A stretch of 64,000 nucleotides of DNA from Hypanus sabinus (taxonomy: Eukaryota), in contig NC_082709.1 of assembly GCF_030144855.1 (NCBI RefSeq), positions 148,490,001 through 148,554,000 of the forward strand, given 5' to 3'. Below the pieces are notes generated by a model. It was not told the origin of the DNA, ran no database searches, and worked only from the letters and a program-made list of their open reading frames with translations. The position numbers were made by a program, and so were the translations under genes. How positions within the stretch are numbered: position 1 is the stretch's first letter; every line of letters starts with the position of its first letter. Shown one piece after another: positions 26,043-37,799 of the stretch.

Positions 26043-26132
26043 TCTCTCCCTCTCCCTCTCCCCCTCCCCCTCTCCCTCTCTCCCCCAATCCCCCTCCCCT
26101 CTCTCCCCCATCTCTCCCCTTCTCTCTCCCTC
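26043..26132. repeat. CT-rich low-complexity tract
   Basis: ctctccctctccctctccccctcccc... seen directly. Confidence 0.85.
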
Positions 26133-26696
26133 ATACAGTCAGCTTCTCTGAACCACTGCTGTGCTTGTGTGACTTTCCTCTCTTCAATCCGTCAATTCAA
26201 AGATTATATTGACTGTCTGCATTTACCCACAGTTTGATATACCTTTTTCTTTTATATATTCTGCTCCAATTATATTTCAATGGCATATTAACTTATTAAT
26301 TGCTGCTCTCAATTCTTTGTCTATTTATTTATTGCTGAAACAATTGTCAAATACCACTTGGCACTTTTTGCATATTTAGAATTTACTACACAGTAATGAG
26401 CGTGTCTGCAAATGGCCTAGACAATTTGTACTGAGCCAGGATTTCACTGGAAGTGGCAGTGGAAGTCTGCTCTATCTCTTAATCCTCAAGCCACTTTCGA
26501 CCCTGACATCTCTGCCCCAAAATTAGCAAGCTGTAAGAAAGGGACTAGTGGAGAGGTTCTTGGGTGCATAAACTCATGTGAAGTCTTTTCTATTATCCGC
26601 AATGCCTTCAGAAAGGTGCACAATTCAAAACTGGTGTGGGGCTATACTGTTAAAACCACAGTCAGTCCGTGCTGGCAGGAACATCTCTGACTCCAT

Positions 26697-27672
26697 CACA
26701 CTGAGCACAGGATCCCCTCAAGGCCATTGCTGTTTACACTGCTAACACATGACTGTGCAGCCAGATTCAAGGGGAACCTGATCATTAAATCTGCAGATGA
26801 TACCACAGTGGTGGGGCTCATCAGCAAAAATGATGAAACAATGTATAGGGAGGAGATCAAACACCTAGAGAGCTGGTGCAGTGACAACAACTTGATGCTT
26901 AATGTCACCAAAACCAAGGAGATGATCATCGATTTCAGACGATCTCAGCCTGAGCACACACCCCTCAGCATCAGCGACTCCACAGTGGAGAGAGTGGAAA
27001 ACATCAAGTTCCTTCGGGTGCAGATCTCGGAGAATCTCACCTCGTCCAGGAACACCACTGGGATTGTGAAACGAGGATTCCGAGGAAACTTAAACAAGCA
27101 TCACTCCCCACTAACATCTTGACTACATTCTACAGAGGCGTGGTTGAGAGTGTGCTGACCTTTTGCATCACAACCTGGTACTCCAGCTGCAGTGCTGCCG
27201 AGAAAAAAGCCTTGCAGAGGGTGGATAGGGGAGCAGAGGATTATTGGGGTCTCCCTACCTTCTGTCCAAGACCTCTTTCAGAGTCGATGCCTCCAGAAGA
27301 CACGGTACATCATTAAAGACCCCTCACACCCTCTCCATAATTGTTTGTTCTTCTGCCATCAGGCAAACGTTACAGGAGCATCAAAACTAAAACCACAAGG
27401 CTACTAAACAGCTTCCTCCCACAGGCAGTCAGAATGCTAAATAACTGCTCTACCTGACTCTGCTTTGGACACTTTTAACTTGCACTGGACACTTATAACT
27501 TGATTTTAACCGACATGTGGCTGTTGTGTTTTACTATTTATTGTTACGGTTTTTACTTAATGCTGCGTTTGTTATGTTATGATTGCACTGCCCCTGGGAA
27601 ACGTTGTCTCATTCTGCCCTGCAGAGCTGATGTACGGTTAGAATGACAATAAAGTTTTTGAATCTTTGAAAG
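26697..27672 (+). mobile_element. Rex1/Babar-like LINE, 5'-truncated (RT 3' half + tail)
   Basis: LFTLLTHDC...IIKSADDTTVVGLIS...NNLMLNVTKTKEMIIDFRR...IIKDPSHPLH; tail gacaataaagtttttgaatctttgaa. Confidence 0.9.
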
Positions 27673-27835
27673 TGGTACAATATCCAAATACTGGATGACT
27701 AATTTTGATCCTAAGTAGAAAATGTGTCTTATAAAAATATACAGGAACTACAAACGTAAAAGGGAAGTATTTTAAGTTATATGGTTTATTGTTTTAAAGA
27801 ATGTAATTTCTAATTTTGTGTTCTTTTATTTCTAG

Positions 27836-28053
27836 CTCCTACTCTCCACTCAAAGGCCTGTGCGTCACCGTCATTCTTCTACTTCCTATTTGTTTACCCA
27901 TTTATAATCTTCGTGGCTCTTATGATTCTTGCTGCATATTTTTACTGGAATCCAAGGAAGCCGCAGAAAACTCCTCAGCAAAATAGTCTATGGACACCAA
28001 TTGAAACAATCATTAGAGATCCCAAAAATGAAGCAGATGCAAGTGTAATATGA
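27836..28053 (+). CDS. CD101: Terminal coding exon: stalk, transmembrane helix and short cytoplasmic tail
   Basis: ttcttttatttctag acceptor, phase 1. Reads (A)PTLHSKACASPSFFYFLFVYPFIIFVALMILAAYFYWNPRKPQKTPQQNSLWTPIETIIRDPKNEADASVI*. Not in the ORF track; found by reading. Resembles the CD101 stalk/TM (PTL..ICSS..LYFLF..PF...YW..RK...LW) as I recall it. Confidence 0.85.
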
Positions 28054-28569
28054 TGTATAGAATTATTTTAATAACATGCCATTTTTGCTGGAGAAATCAT
28101 GTCACAAATAGCAGCAAAATAATGTGTGCTAGTGAAAAGTTCACACAAGTGCCAAACCTAAAGGAACATTAAAACAAACAAGAAATCTGAAACTATCCAG
28201 TTTTCTTATTATGTTTATTTTTAAATTGGCATTAGCACCTCTTACCATATGCGAGGTGTATAAACACAACTTTACAGATTGTCAGAATAGACTTGAAAGT
28301 TCAGCTTCACTCTTGATTCTTGGACTTCTGTCGTTTAATTGAGTTTATTTTATTATTGCCAGTATTAAGTGTTCTTCTTCTTGCATGTTTCCCTTCCTAG
28401 AATTGAAGTGTATGCCACGTTTTTGCAAATATTTTTTTCAGTCCTTCTCATGTTTTGAAATTCTTGTCCCTGTTGCCCTAAATCTAGAGTGTCGGGCAAT
28501 AAAATATCTTTAGATAATTGGAGTACTAGGTTGGGTGAGCAATTGAAAAACAATATGTCATAACTGGAC

Positions 28570-28870
28570 TTGTTCAGCTTATTCAGATTCAGATTCAACT
28601 TATTGTCATTTATAAACCACAAATACAATGCAGTTAAAAAATGAGGCAACGTTCTCCGGAATGATAACACAAAAAAAAACACAAAACAGACCACTCAAGA
28701 AAAACCACATAACGTTTGGTAATCCCCAATCCAGAGTCCGGAGAGGCTGCTGCGTATCAATATCGCGCTACCATCTTAGCACGTTCCCCGGAAAGGAACT
28801 ACAAACTCAACAGACAAAACTAAAGCTACAAGACCTACAGAAAACCACATAGATTACATATAATTACAGT
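28570..28870 (-). mobile_element. LINE tail remnant within the CD101 3'UTR
   Basis: ttcagattcagattcaacttattgtcatt repeat tail typical of this family. Confidence 0.55.
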
Positions 28871-29849
28871 TAACTCATGAATTATATCTCTAAATATAGA
28901 GAATTACTTGGTGGATGATATTCCAGATAATGTTATTTTTGATGTATAAAACACAGGAAGAAATATAGAAAAGAGACCTATAGAATATGGTAAATCCAAT
29001 CCAGGCAAAAGCCCAGCAGGAATAGCCCATGTGGTCCCTGGAACCTACTCACACCATTCCATAAGATCCTAGCTAATCCTGTAGCTTGAACATCCTAACC
29101 TCTCAGTTTTCCAATCCCTTTATTCCCTTCATGTTCAAGGGAAGCAGAAGAAAGAAATTCCAATTGATAAATGACAAATTCAGATTCAGTGCACAGAGTC
29201 CCGGAGGCACTGTGTCAGTATTCAAAATGAACCCTTGTGTAATTCGACACAAGTTAAAACTTGAAGGGAGGATCTAGATGGGAAAATATCATTTGTATTT
29301 AGATGATGACTTTGTGATGACAGGCTGAGAGATACTTTAAGTGGAGTGGATGAAGAACTTAATGGGTCAAACAAAAACCTTGGATTGCATTAAACGTTTT
29401 TTTAGTTACATAGGTTTATTACTTTTAAGTATTTTTGTATTTTTATAGAGAAATGTCACTTTTACTTTTAAGATATCTGTGGCTTTTTTTTAGCCCATTG
29501 CTTTAAACATGAAAGAGTGATAAATATGGAAAAGGGTAATATAGCAGACTTTACCAAGTACAAATGGTATCTTGGGCAATTCCCATTGGAGAACAATGTT
29601 CTGTCTGCCCGTTAGTTGAGCCCAAAGGAAAAGTGTTAAGTGCAAAGAAACCCTGAAAGGGATTTGAAAAAGATAACATTTCCCGCTCTTATTATGGGGA
29701 CGTTCTTAGTGTTTTGCCAGTCTTCTTGGCACTAGAAGATATCAGGGTTGTTGGTGCAGGTATGCAACCTGTCAAATATTATGTGTAGAGAAAAAACAAG
29801 CATTTTGTTATAGTTTATCTCAGGAGCAACAAAACTATAGAATTCTCCA

Positions 29850-30010
29850 GAGATACAAATAAAAATATGAAAACATTCAACAGGTCAGGCAGCATCCACG
29901 GGAAGAGGAACAGTCACAACATTTTGTGTTGAGATCTTCATCAGAACTGGAAATGTGGAAAAAGTGAGCATGTTATAAGTTGTAGAGATGGGGTGGGGTG
30001 CAAAGCAAAC
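29850..30010 (-). mobile_element. Old PLE tail with degenerate hammerhead, antisense in 3'UTR
   Basis: The reverse complement of 29911-29949 reads cagtt-CTGATGA-agatctcaacac-AAAA-tgttgtgactg. Confidence 0.6.
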
Positions 30011-30637
30011 ACAGAAAATGTCTATGAGCAAACTCATCCAAGTAATAATTAATTTTTAAGAAAGATTGTCAAATTTGCCTGGGTCCTGTGATTATGCATC
30101 ATGTAGTTTCAGTGTTCTTGGTCCTCCACATCTCTATAAGCTGCATTGTCACAGAAGCTGCCAGCAACCTAAAAGATATTTCTTTCACTTCCAACAGTCA
30201 GGAAGACTGTAGGCCAATTTTGTCCACACTTTTGAACTCTACCAATGTACATATTGAATATCCAATTGTGGACTTGACTGTGCTATTAAATAGAAATTTA
30301 TGCTAGATGTCCTTGTACTAACCCTGGTGTGTTCCCACCTCACACCACCATCCTTGGAGGTGCTGCTTTAATGCACCTCTTTTTGACCAGAATGTGCAGG
30401 TCTATAATTTTAGAATGTACAAGAAGAAAGATAAATTGCTTTTACAGGAGAATATTAAATGAACTCCAGCCATTGTGACTAGCATCTGATTTTATATGTC
30501 TGCAATACTTGATATATATGGGCTTCTTCTGTGACTTTCAAAGTAAAACAATTTATTTTATGTTCCTTTTAATTTAAAATTTATAATTCTTTCTTATGTT
30601 TTCAAGGATATACTGCTGTAAAATTTAATCTTACAAA

Positions 30638-30657
30638 AATAAAGGAAATAAAATAAA
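30638..30657 (+). terminator. Cluster of three AATAAA signals, probable end of the ~2.6-kb CD101 3'UTR
   Basis: AATAAA at 30638, 30647 and 30652 after an AT-rich, ATTTA-containing tract. No transcript evidence available. Confidence 0.55.
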
Positions 30658-32194
30658 TTTGATTCTGTCACTTATTTTAAAGAGGATGGCATTATTTTCA
30701 CTGATGGAAGGCAAGTGAATGATGAAATGTGGGAATGAACATAAAACATAGGCACTTATGATATAATGCATTGGACAAAGGAAATAACTGTGAACTCAAA
30801 ATGAACATCCAAACTCAAGCAGGCTCTGCATCGAATCTGCATTGCTGTAACACAAAGACCTTTTTAACGTAACAGAGTGAGGCAATGGAATGCAATAGCA
30901 AATAACCCTTCATGATGGTCCTTTTGTAATATCAACCCCCTCAGACATAGGAGCAGAATTAAGCCATTTGGCCCACCATGGCTGATTTTTTTAAATCCCC
31001 CTATTTACAATGCAGATAGGTGGAAGCCAGGGTAGGTCTCCTATCACATACCGGAAAAGCAGGGAATCTGCAATGAGCTTTAAATCCGAAAAGGCCAGTT
31101 CTTCATTCTGGCTCATTATTGTGGTGCTTCATTCGATATATCTATTTTTTAAATCGAGAGGCGGAAATCACCAAGAAAGGAAGAAAGAATGCTTCACATC
31201 AGTGCTGACCTCTTTCCACCCACTGAGAGGCCATTATCGCTATTGGAGATTATTAATGCAACATAATTTAGGCGCCTTGTATTCAGTTCAGGCTAAAACT
31301 GTCCTTTTGCGGAGAAGCTGGCAAATACAATCTACGTCTGCTTTTCTAACTTCCCATTTACCGAGAGAAGATCACACATTTTCTGCACAAGGCAGTCGTC
31401 ACAAGACAATGCTGTAAAACAGGTTGTGAAATTGTGCAGATGCATTTGTGGTTCTCTGCCTTCAGTGTGGTGAAGAACCTCCAGCAGTAAGCAGCAATCT
31501 ACAGTATTTTTTGTCTGTGATGACATAAAACAGGATGGGAAAACACATCTTAAAATTGAGATGGCAGGCCATACACAGATTAACTTCAAAAACAGATGAG
31601 CAAGTCAAGTGGTCCACTGCCCCAGATCTCCAGCAAGTGTGCCTTTTTTTAAAAGCATTTACTTGCAGCTTTTTTTTGGCCTGTTCTGAGTCAAGGAAAT
31701 TGATAACTGAGGTAATTTAATTGCCTGTGATCTGGTTTGGCTGCACCAGCATGTGGATGCCCTGGGGACAGAGGAAATGAAGGAGTTTCACCAGTCGGAA
31801 CCTTCCTGACCAGCACTGTCTGAGGCGCCTGGCTTTCATAAGTGAGAATGTTTATTGAGCTTTGCCTGTAGCTATCTTGTTCACCATGGTGCATATCGTT
31901 TTTGCTGTAGGCACTTTGGAGGCTGGAACAGTATCAGTAAGGTATCCAGTGCAATGGGATAATCAGAGAAGCCAACTGGGATGTCACTGCGAGTAAAGAC
32001 ACCTCCATCTCCTTTCCGATGGGTAAAGTGAGCCCGGCAGCCAAGCACCAGGTTTTGCCCGAGGTTATAGTGACAGCATCCATTTGGATTGGATTGGCCG
32101 AATTTTCAATCAATACCAATGCCCTCTCAGTTTCTTGCTTCTAGCCTGTAGCATTGGGCAGTACATCAAATACAATTCTGTTAATTAAACATGA

Positions 32195-32560
32195 TTATTA
32201 CAAACACAAGAAATTCTGCAGACACTAGAAATCCAAAGCAACCCACACAACGTGCTGGAGGAACTCAGCAGGATGGGCAGCATCTATGGAAACGAACAGA
32301 CAGTCAAAGACCCGTCTTCAGGACTGGAAAGGAAGGGGGAAGATGCCAGAATAAAAAAGGGGGGAGGAGGGTAGCTAGAAGGAGCAGGGGAAGCCAGGTG
32401 GCTGGAGAAGGTAAAGGATTGGAGGGAAAGGAATCTGATAAGAAAAGAGAGTGGACTATAGGAGAAAGTAAAGGAGGAGGGGCACCAAGGGAGGTGATAA
32501 ACAGGTGAGAAGGGGTAAGAGGCCAGAATAGGGAATAGAAGAGGAGGGGAAAGGGCTGCA
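32195..32560 (-). mobile_element. PLE tail, hammerhead partly deleted
   Basis: acacaacgtgctggaggaactcagcagg...atctatggaa is the reverse complement of the tail at 1700-1790. Confidence 0.8.
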
Positions 32561-32644
32561 AAATGTGATTATTTAAAAATGACTCTTATATCCTGCATTC
32601 TTTATTGTGCTTCCTTTGTTTCAATCAGAATACTAAGCTCATGA

Positions 32645-33110
32645 GTTCCAAGTTCAAAGTAAATTTATTATCAAAGTGCACATGTCACCATTTACAATCC
32701 TGATATTATTTTTCTGGGCGTTCACAGTAAATACAAAGAAACACAATGGAATCAATGAAAAGCTGCACACAATAAAGACTGACAAGCAGCTAATGTGCAA
32801 AAGACAGCAAATAGTGCAAATTCAATAAATAAAGAAATAAAGCTGAGAACATGAGTTTCAGAGTAATTAAAAGTGAGTCCATAGGCTGTGGAATCAGTTG
32901 AGTGTTGGCATGAGTGAAGTTACCCACCCTGGTCAAGAGCCTGATGATTGAGGGGTAATAACTGTTCCTGAACCTGGCGGTATGGGACCTATGGCTCCTG
33001 TACCTCCTTGGTGGCAGCAGTGAGAAGAGAGCATGGCTTGGGTGATGGGGATCCTTGATGATGGATGCTGCCTGCATCGGCATTCCTTGTGGATGTGCTC
33101 AATGGTGGGA
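32645..33110 (-). mobile_element. Rex1/Babar-like LINE 3' fragment
   Basis: AASIIKDPHHPSHALFSLLPPRRYRSHRSHTARFRNSYYP. Confidence 0.85.
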
Positions 33111-34299
33111 AGGGCTTTACCTATGGTGTCAGGTTAACCTCTGGGTATCAGTGTAGATAATCAGCCTTGATAGGAACTTGAGCACAGCTGCCATGTTGTT
33201 TTTTGGCAGAGCGAACTACCATCAGGAACATCAGTTAATGAACAAAAGATGTGCTCAAGTGGCTCTCTCATTACCTGAAACATTGCTGGGGATTTTTGCA
33301 GGAATCCAGGTTAGAAGTTGTCTGTTACATGTACCCAAACTTTGGAATAATGAGGGGCTAATCCCCATTGCCAACAAGGCACCAGGAAATGAAGCAGAAG
33401 AATTTCTGTATCGCTGGTTGGCAGTGCTTTCAGAGAACAGCTCAAAGCATCCTACCAGCAACGCTCCATAAGCACTCCCACGACCTCTTCAACATCCTTA
33501 CCTCCACCAGACAACTGCTTTCTGTCACCAGAAATGTAAGCAGCAATAATATAATCAGCTCAAAATTTAATGCATCAGACAACTGAATTAAATCTGCTAG
33601 CTTTTATTTATCCCTTCACAGAATGTGGATGTTGTTAGTAAAACATCCGTCTGTTATGGCTGCTTGGACTGAATGAATTTATTTGGCCATTTTCAAAGAC
33701 AGCTATGTGACAAGAACTGACAGAGGCAAACCAAGTAACTGTCAGCCTGGATGACAGTTCAAAATGGGAACCTATTCCCAGGCAGGTTCAGTTGGAAATG
33801 TCTCTTTAGAACCAGAGATGAAGGTAAGCTACTATGGGCTAACTGGAAGTGCCCATAAGAAAATGGCTGATGCTATATTTACAGTACTGCCAACACAGTT
33901 AAGAAATTTTAGGTCACTTTCGGCCCTGTTCGGGGCCAGTAATGTTGTTAGAGGGTGGGGGCAAGGAAAAAGGCCATACACAAGGGATGATCCTATTAGT
34001 AGAAATCGAGCCAGGTATTGACTGACATAATTATGTCCCATAGGATGATCAAAATCTCATTTAATGAAGTCATAAAAATGCTGCAACTCAATGTCATTGG
34101 AGTTTGTGAAAGGTTATATGTTTGAAACTATAGTCATTCTAAAACTCTGGTTGTGGAAATCATGCTCTAATGAAAGATAAATAATAATAATTTTTAAAAA
34201 ATAAAGAAGTGTGGTTTACATAGGTGAGCTGGCTGAGAAATGCAAAGAGTTTACTTTAATTAGCACAAAAGCAGTAGAGATTGAATAAAAGAAGTCCAA

Positions 34300-34640
34300 G
34301 TTAAAGTCATTTACTTACTGCCCGTTATGCCACTGATATTTAGGGCAACAATGAAGGTCCCCATTTCTGTCTGTCAACCTCTCAGACTTAAAGGGATTCT
34401 TCATTGCTTTTTCCATAACAATTTTGTTTGACCAGTCAGCGTTGTTAGTCCTGAGCTGAACCCTGAACCTGGAGGACTGGTGGACCAATCTTAGTCTGAT
34501 CTCTACCCTTTGACCAGTTTTGTGGGTGATTCGACCAAGAGCTAAAGCATAAAGCCCTGACTCCAGATGAAATAGTTCTCTAGATCATTGAGACACACTA
34601 GCCTCCAAACCATGAAAAAGCTGTGGTCCTCTTGGAGGTC
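34300..34640 (-). mobile_element. Short RTE-related repeat
   Basis: Family resemblance to 10925-11175. Confidence 0.4.
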
Positions 34641-34769
34641 CAAAGTTAAAGACAAGACATTAATATGAAAATTAACCTAGGCGTTCTGAAAAAGGATACA
34701 TGTGACAAAAAGTAGAATGCCATTAACAAGAAACTCCTGAAATGTGAGTCTCTAAGAACACAGGGACAA

Positions 34770-37470
34770 ATAGGATGTGGGGTCCTCCATAAGGGAGTTA
34801 GGTGTGAAGCTGAAGAGCAGGATCTCCAGTGTAACAATCTCAGGATTGCTACCTGTGCCACGTGCGAGTAAGGCAAGGAACAGAAGGATTATAAAGATTA
34901 ATACGTGGCTGAGAGGATGGTGCAGGAGGGAGGGCTTCAGGTTTGTAGATAATTGGGCTTTGTTCCAGGGAAGGTGGGATCTGTTCCCAAGGGACGGTTT
35001 ACACCTGAACTGGAGTGGTACTAACATTCTTGAAGTTTGCTGATGCTTCTTGGGGGATGGGGTTTAAACTAAATGTGCGGGGGCGGGGATCCAGAATGTG
35101 AGAGAGGATAGCGAGAGGAAGAATAAAGGACAGGTGGGGACTACACGGTTCCTGAATATTAAGTGTGTAGTAGAGAAAGGTGAGGCGGAACAAGTGATAA
35201 GGAGGACACATGTACAGAGGGATGGTCTGACGGAACATGGAGTTAAATGTGTTGAAAGAATAAGTAAATTTAGGAAGGATAACAAAATACTAGGGGCGTA
35301 TAGCCCGATGGGAGTTCGGGGAGCTGGGTTAAACACAATAGGCAGCGATTCAAACAGAGAGAGGAGAAATGGGCTAAAAATTCTATATCTGAATGCACGA
35401 AGTGTCAGAAATAAGACGGATGAGCTTGAAGCCCAGGTGCGAATGGGTAACTATGATGTTGTTGGGATAACGGAGACATGGCTGCAGGGAGATCAGACCT
35501 GGGAAATGAATGTACAAGGGTATACTTGCTATCGTAGGGACAGAAAAGTGGCCATGTTGGTGAGGAATGAGATTCAGTCCTTTGCAAGTGGGGACATAGG
35601 GTCAGGAGAAGTAGAGTCTGTGTGGATAGAACTGAGGAACATTAAGGGCAAAAGGACCCAAATGGGTGTTCTCTACAGGCCACCAAACAGTGGCATGGAT
35701 ATTGGGTGCAAGTGAAGAATGAATTGGGTGAAATTGTTATGGGAAACAGAGAAATGGCAGAAGAATTTAATGAGTACTTTAGATCTGTTTTCACTAAGGA
35801 AGACACAAGCAATCTCCCAGATGTATGGATGAGCCAAGGACATAGGGTAACAGAGGAAATGAAACAGATTGACATTTGGAAGGAAACGGTGATGAGAAGA
35901 CTGATGGAACTGAAGGCTGACAAATCCCCAGGTCCAGAAGGTCTGCACCCTGGGGTACTAAAGGAGGCGGCCCTGGAAATTGCAGATCCATTGGTAATCA
36001 TTTTCCAATGTTCCTTAGATTCAGGATCAGTTTCTGAGGATTGGAGAATGGCTAATGTTATCCCACTTTTTAAGAAAGGAGGGAGGGAGAAAACAGAGAA
36101 CTATCGACCTGTCAGCCTGACATCGGTGGTGGGGAAGATGCTAGAGTCCATTATTAAGGATGAAATAGTGGCATATCTAGATAGCAGTGTTAGGATTGGG
36201 CCGACCCAGCATGGATTTACCAAGGGTAAATCATGCTTGACTAATCTGTTGGAGTTTTTCGAGGATGTAACCAGGAAGTTAGATGGGGGAGATCCAGTGG
36301 ATGTAGTGTACCTCGATTTTCAGAAGGCATTTGATAAGGTCCCACATAGGAGGTTGGTGGGTAAAATCAAAGCTCAGGGCATTGGGGGGAAGGCATTGAC
36401 ATGGGTAGAAAACTGGTTGGCAGATAGAAAGCAAAGGGTAGCGGTGAATGGGTGTTTCTTGGAATGGCAGGTGGTGACTAGTGGGGTGCCACAGGGCTCG
36501 GTATTGGGACCACAGCTGTTTACAATTAACGTCAACGATTTGGATGAAGGCATTGAAAATAACATCAGCAAATTTGCTGATGATACTAAGCTGGGTGGCA
36601 GTGTGACACGTGATGAGGATGTTAGGAGAATTCAGGTTGACTTGGATAGGCTGGGTGAGTGGGCAGATACTTGGCAGATGACGTTTAATGTGAATAAGTG
36701 TGAGGTTATCCACTTTGGGAGTAAGAACAGGAAGACAGATTATTATCTGAACAGTGTAGAGTTAGGTAAGGGAGAAATACAAAGAGATCTAAGAGTCCTT
36801 GTTCATCAGTCACTGAAGGTGAATGAGCAAGCGCAGCAGGCAGTGAAGAAGGCTAATGGAATGTTGACCTTTATTACAAAGAGAATTGAGTACAAGAGCA
36901 AGGAAATCCTCTTGCATTTGTACAGAGCCCTGGTGAGACCACACCAGGTGTACACCATTGTACACACCATTGTGTACAGTTTTGGTCTCCAGGGTTAAGG
37001 AAGGACATCCTGGCTGTAGAGGAAGTGCAGCGTAGATTCACGAGGTTAATTCCTGGGATGTCTGGACTGTCTTACGCAGAGAGGTTAGAGAGACTGGGTT
37101 TGTATACGCTGGAATTAAGGAAATTGAGAGGGGATCTGATTGAAACATATAAGATTATTAAGGGATTGGACAAGATATGTTCCAGATCTGGAAATATGTT
37201 CCAGATGCTGGGACAGTCCAGTAGCAGAGGGCATGGTTTGAGAATAAGGGGTAGGTCATTTTGGACAGAGTTAAGGAAGAACTTCTTCTCCCAGAGAGTT
37301 GTGGGGGTCTGGAATGCACTGCCTCGGAAGGTAGTGGAGGCCAATTCTCTGGATGCTTTCAAGAAGGAGCTACATAGGTATCTTATGGATAGGGGAATCA
37401 AGGGATATGGGGACAAGGCAGGAACTGGGTATTGATAGTAGTTGATCAGCCATGATCTCAAAATGGCGGT
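34770..37470 (+). mobile_element. CR1 LINE: ORF1 esterase remnant, partial APE, internal deletion, RT (430-aa open stretch) and 3'UTR
   Basis: SGNH-like ..SGLLPVPR..WCRREGFRFVDNW..DGLHLN; ILYLNARS..VVGITETWL; NYRPVSLTS, YLDFQKAFDKV, GVPQGSVLGP, KFADDTK. Confidence 0.93.
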
Positions 37471-37799
37471 GCAGGCTTGAAGGGCCGAATGGTCTACTTC
37501 TGCACCTATTGTCTATTGTCTATAATGAATAAAAATCAAGATTAAAGTGAGTGATTGTATGATTAAACCCAACTCAAAGGACACCAAGAGGTTACAAAAC
37601 AGCATCAGAGTACAACTGAAGACTTCATCTAAATCGACGCAGCATAAGGCATTTGAACTTCAGAGTAAATATGATTTGGTAACCATGATCGAGATATGGC
37701 TGCAAAATAAGTTCAGATTGAGATCAGAATATTGAAGAGTAGGAAGATCTTGATGCTAGTAAAAGATGGAGGGGGGTGGCTCTACCGATCCAAATTTGC

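Noticed and set aside
31000-33600. Short ORFs (31010-31417, 33178-33471 and others) as exons of a neighbouring gene such as TTF2 or TRIM45
   Set aside because: No recognisable domain and no consistent splice-site and frame series. Parts look like very old LINE remnants.
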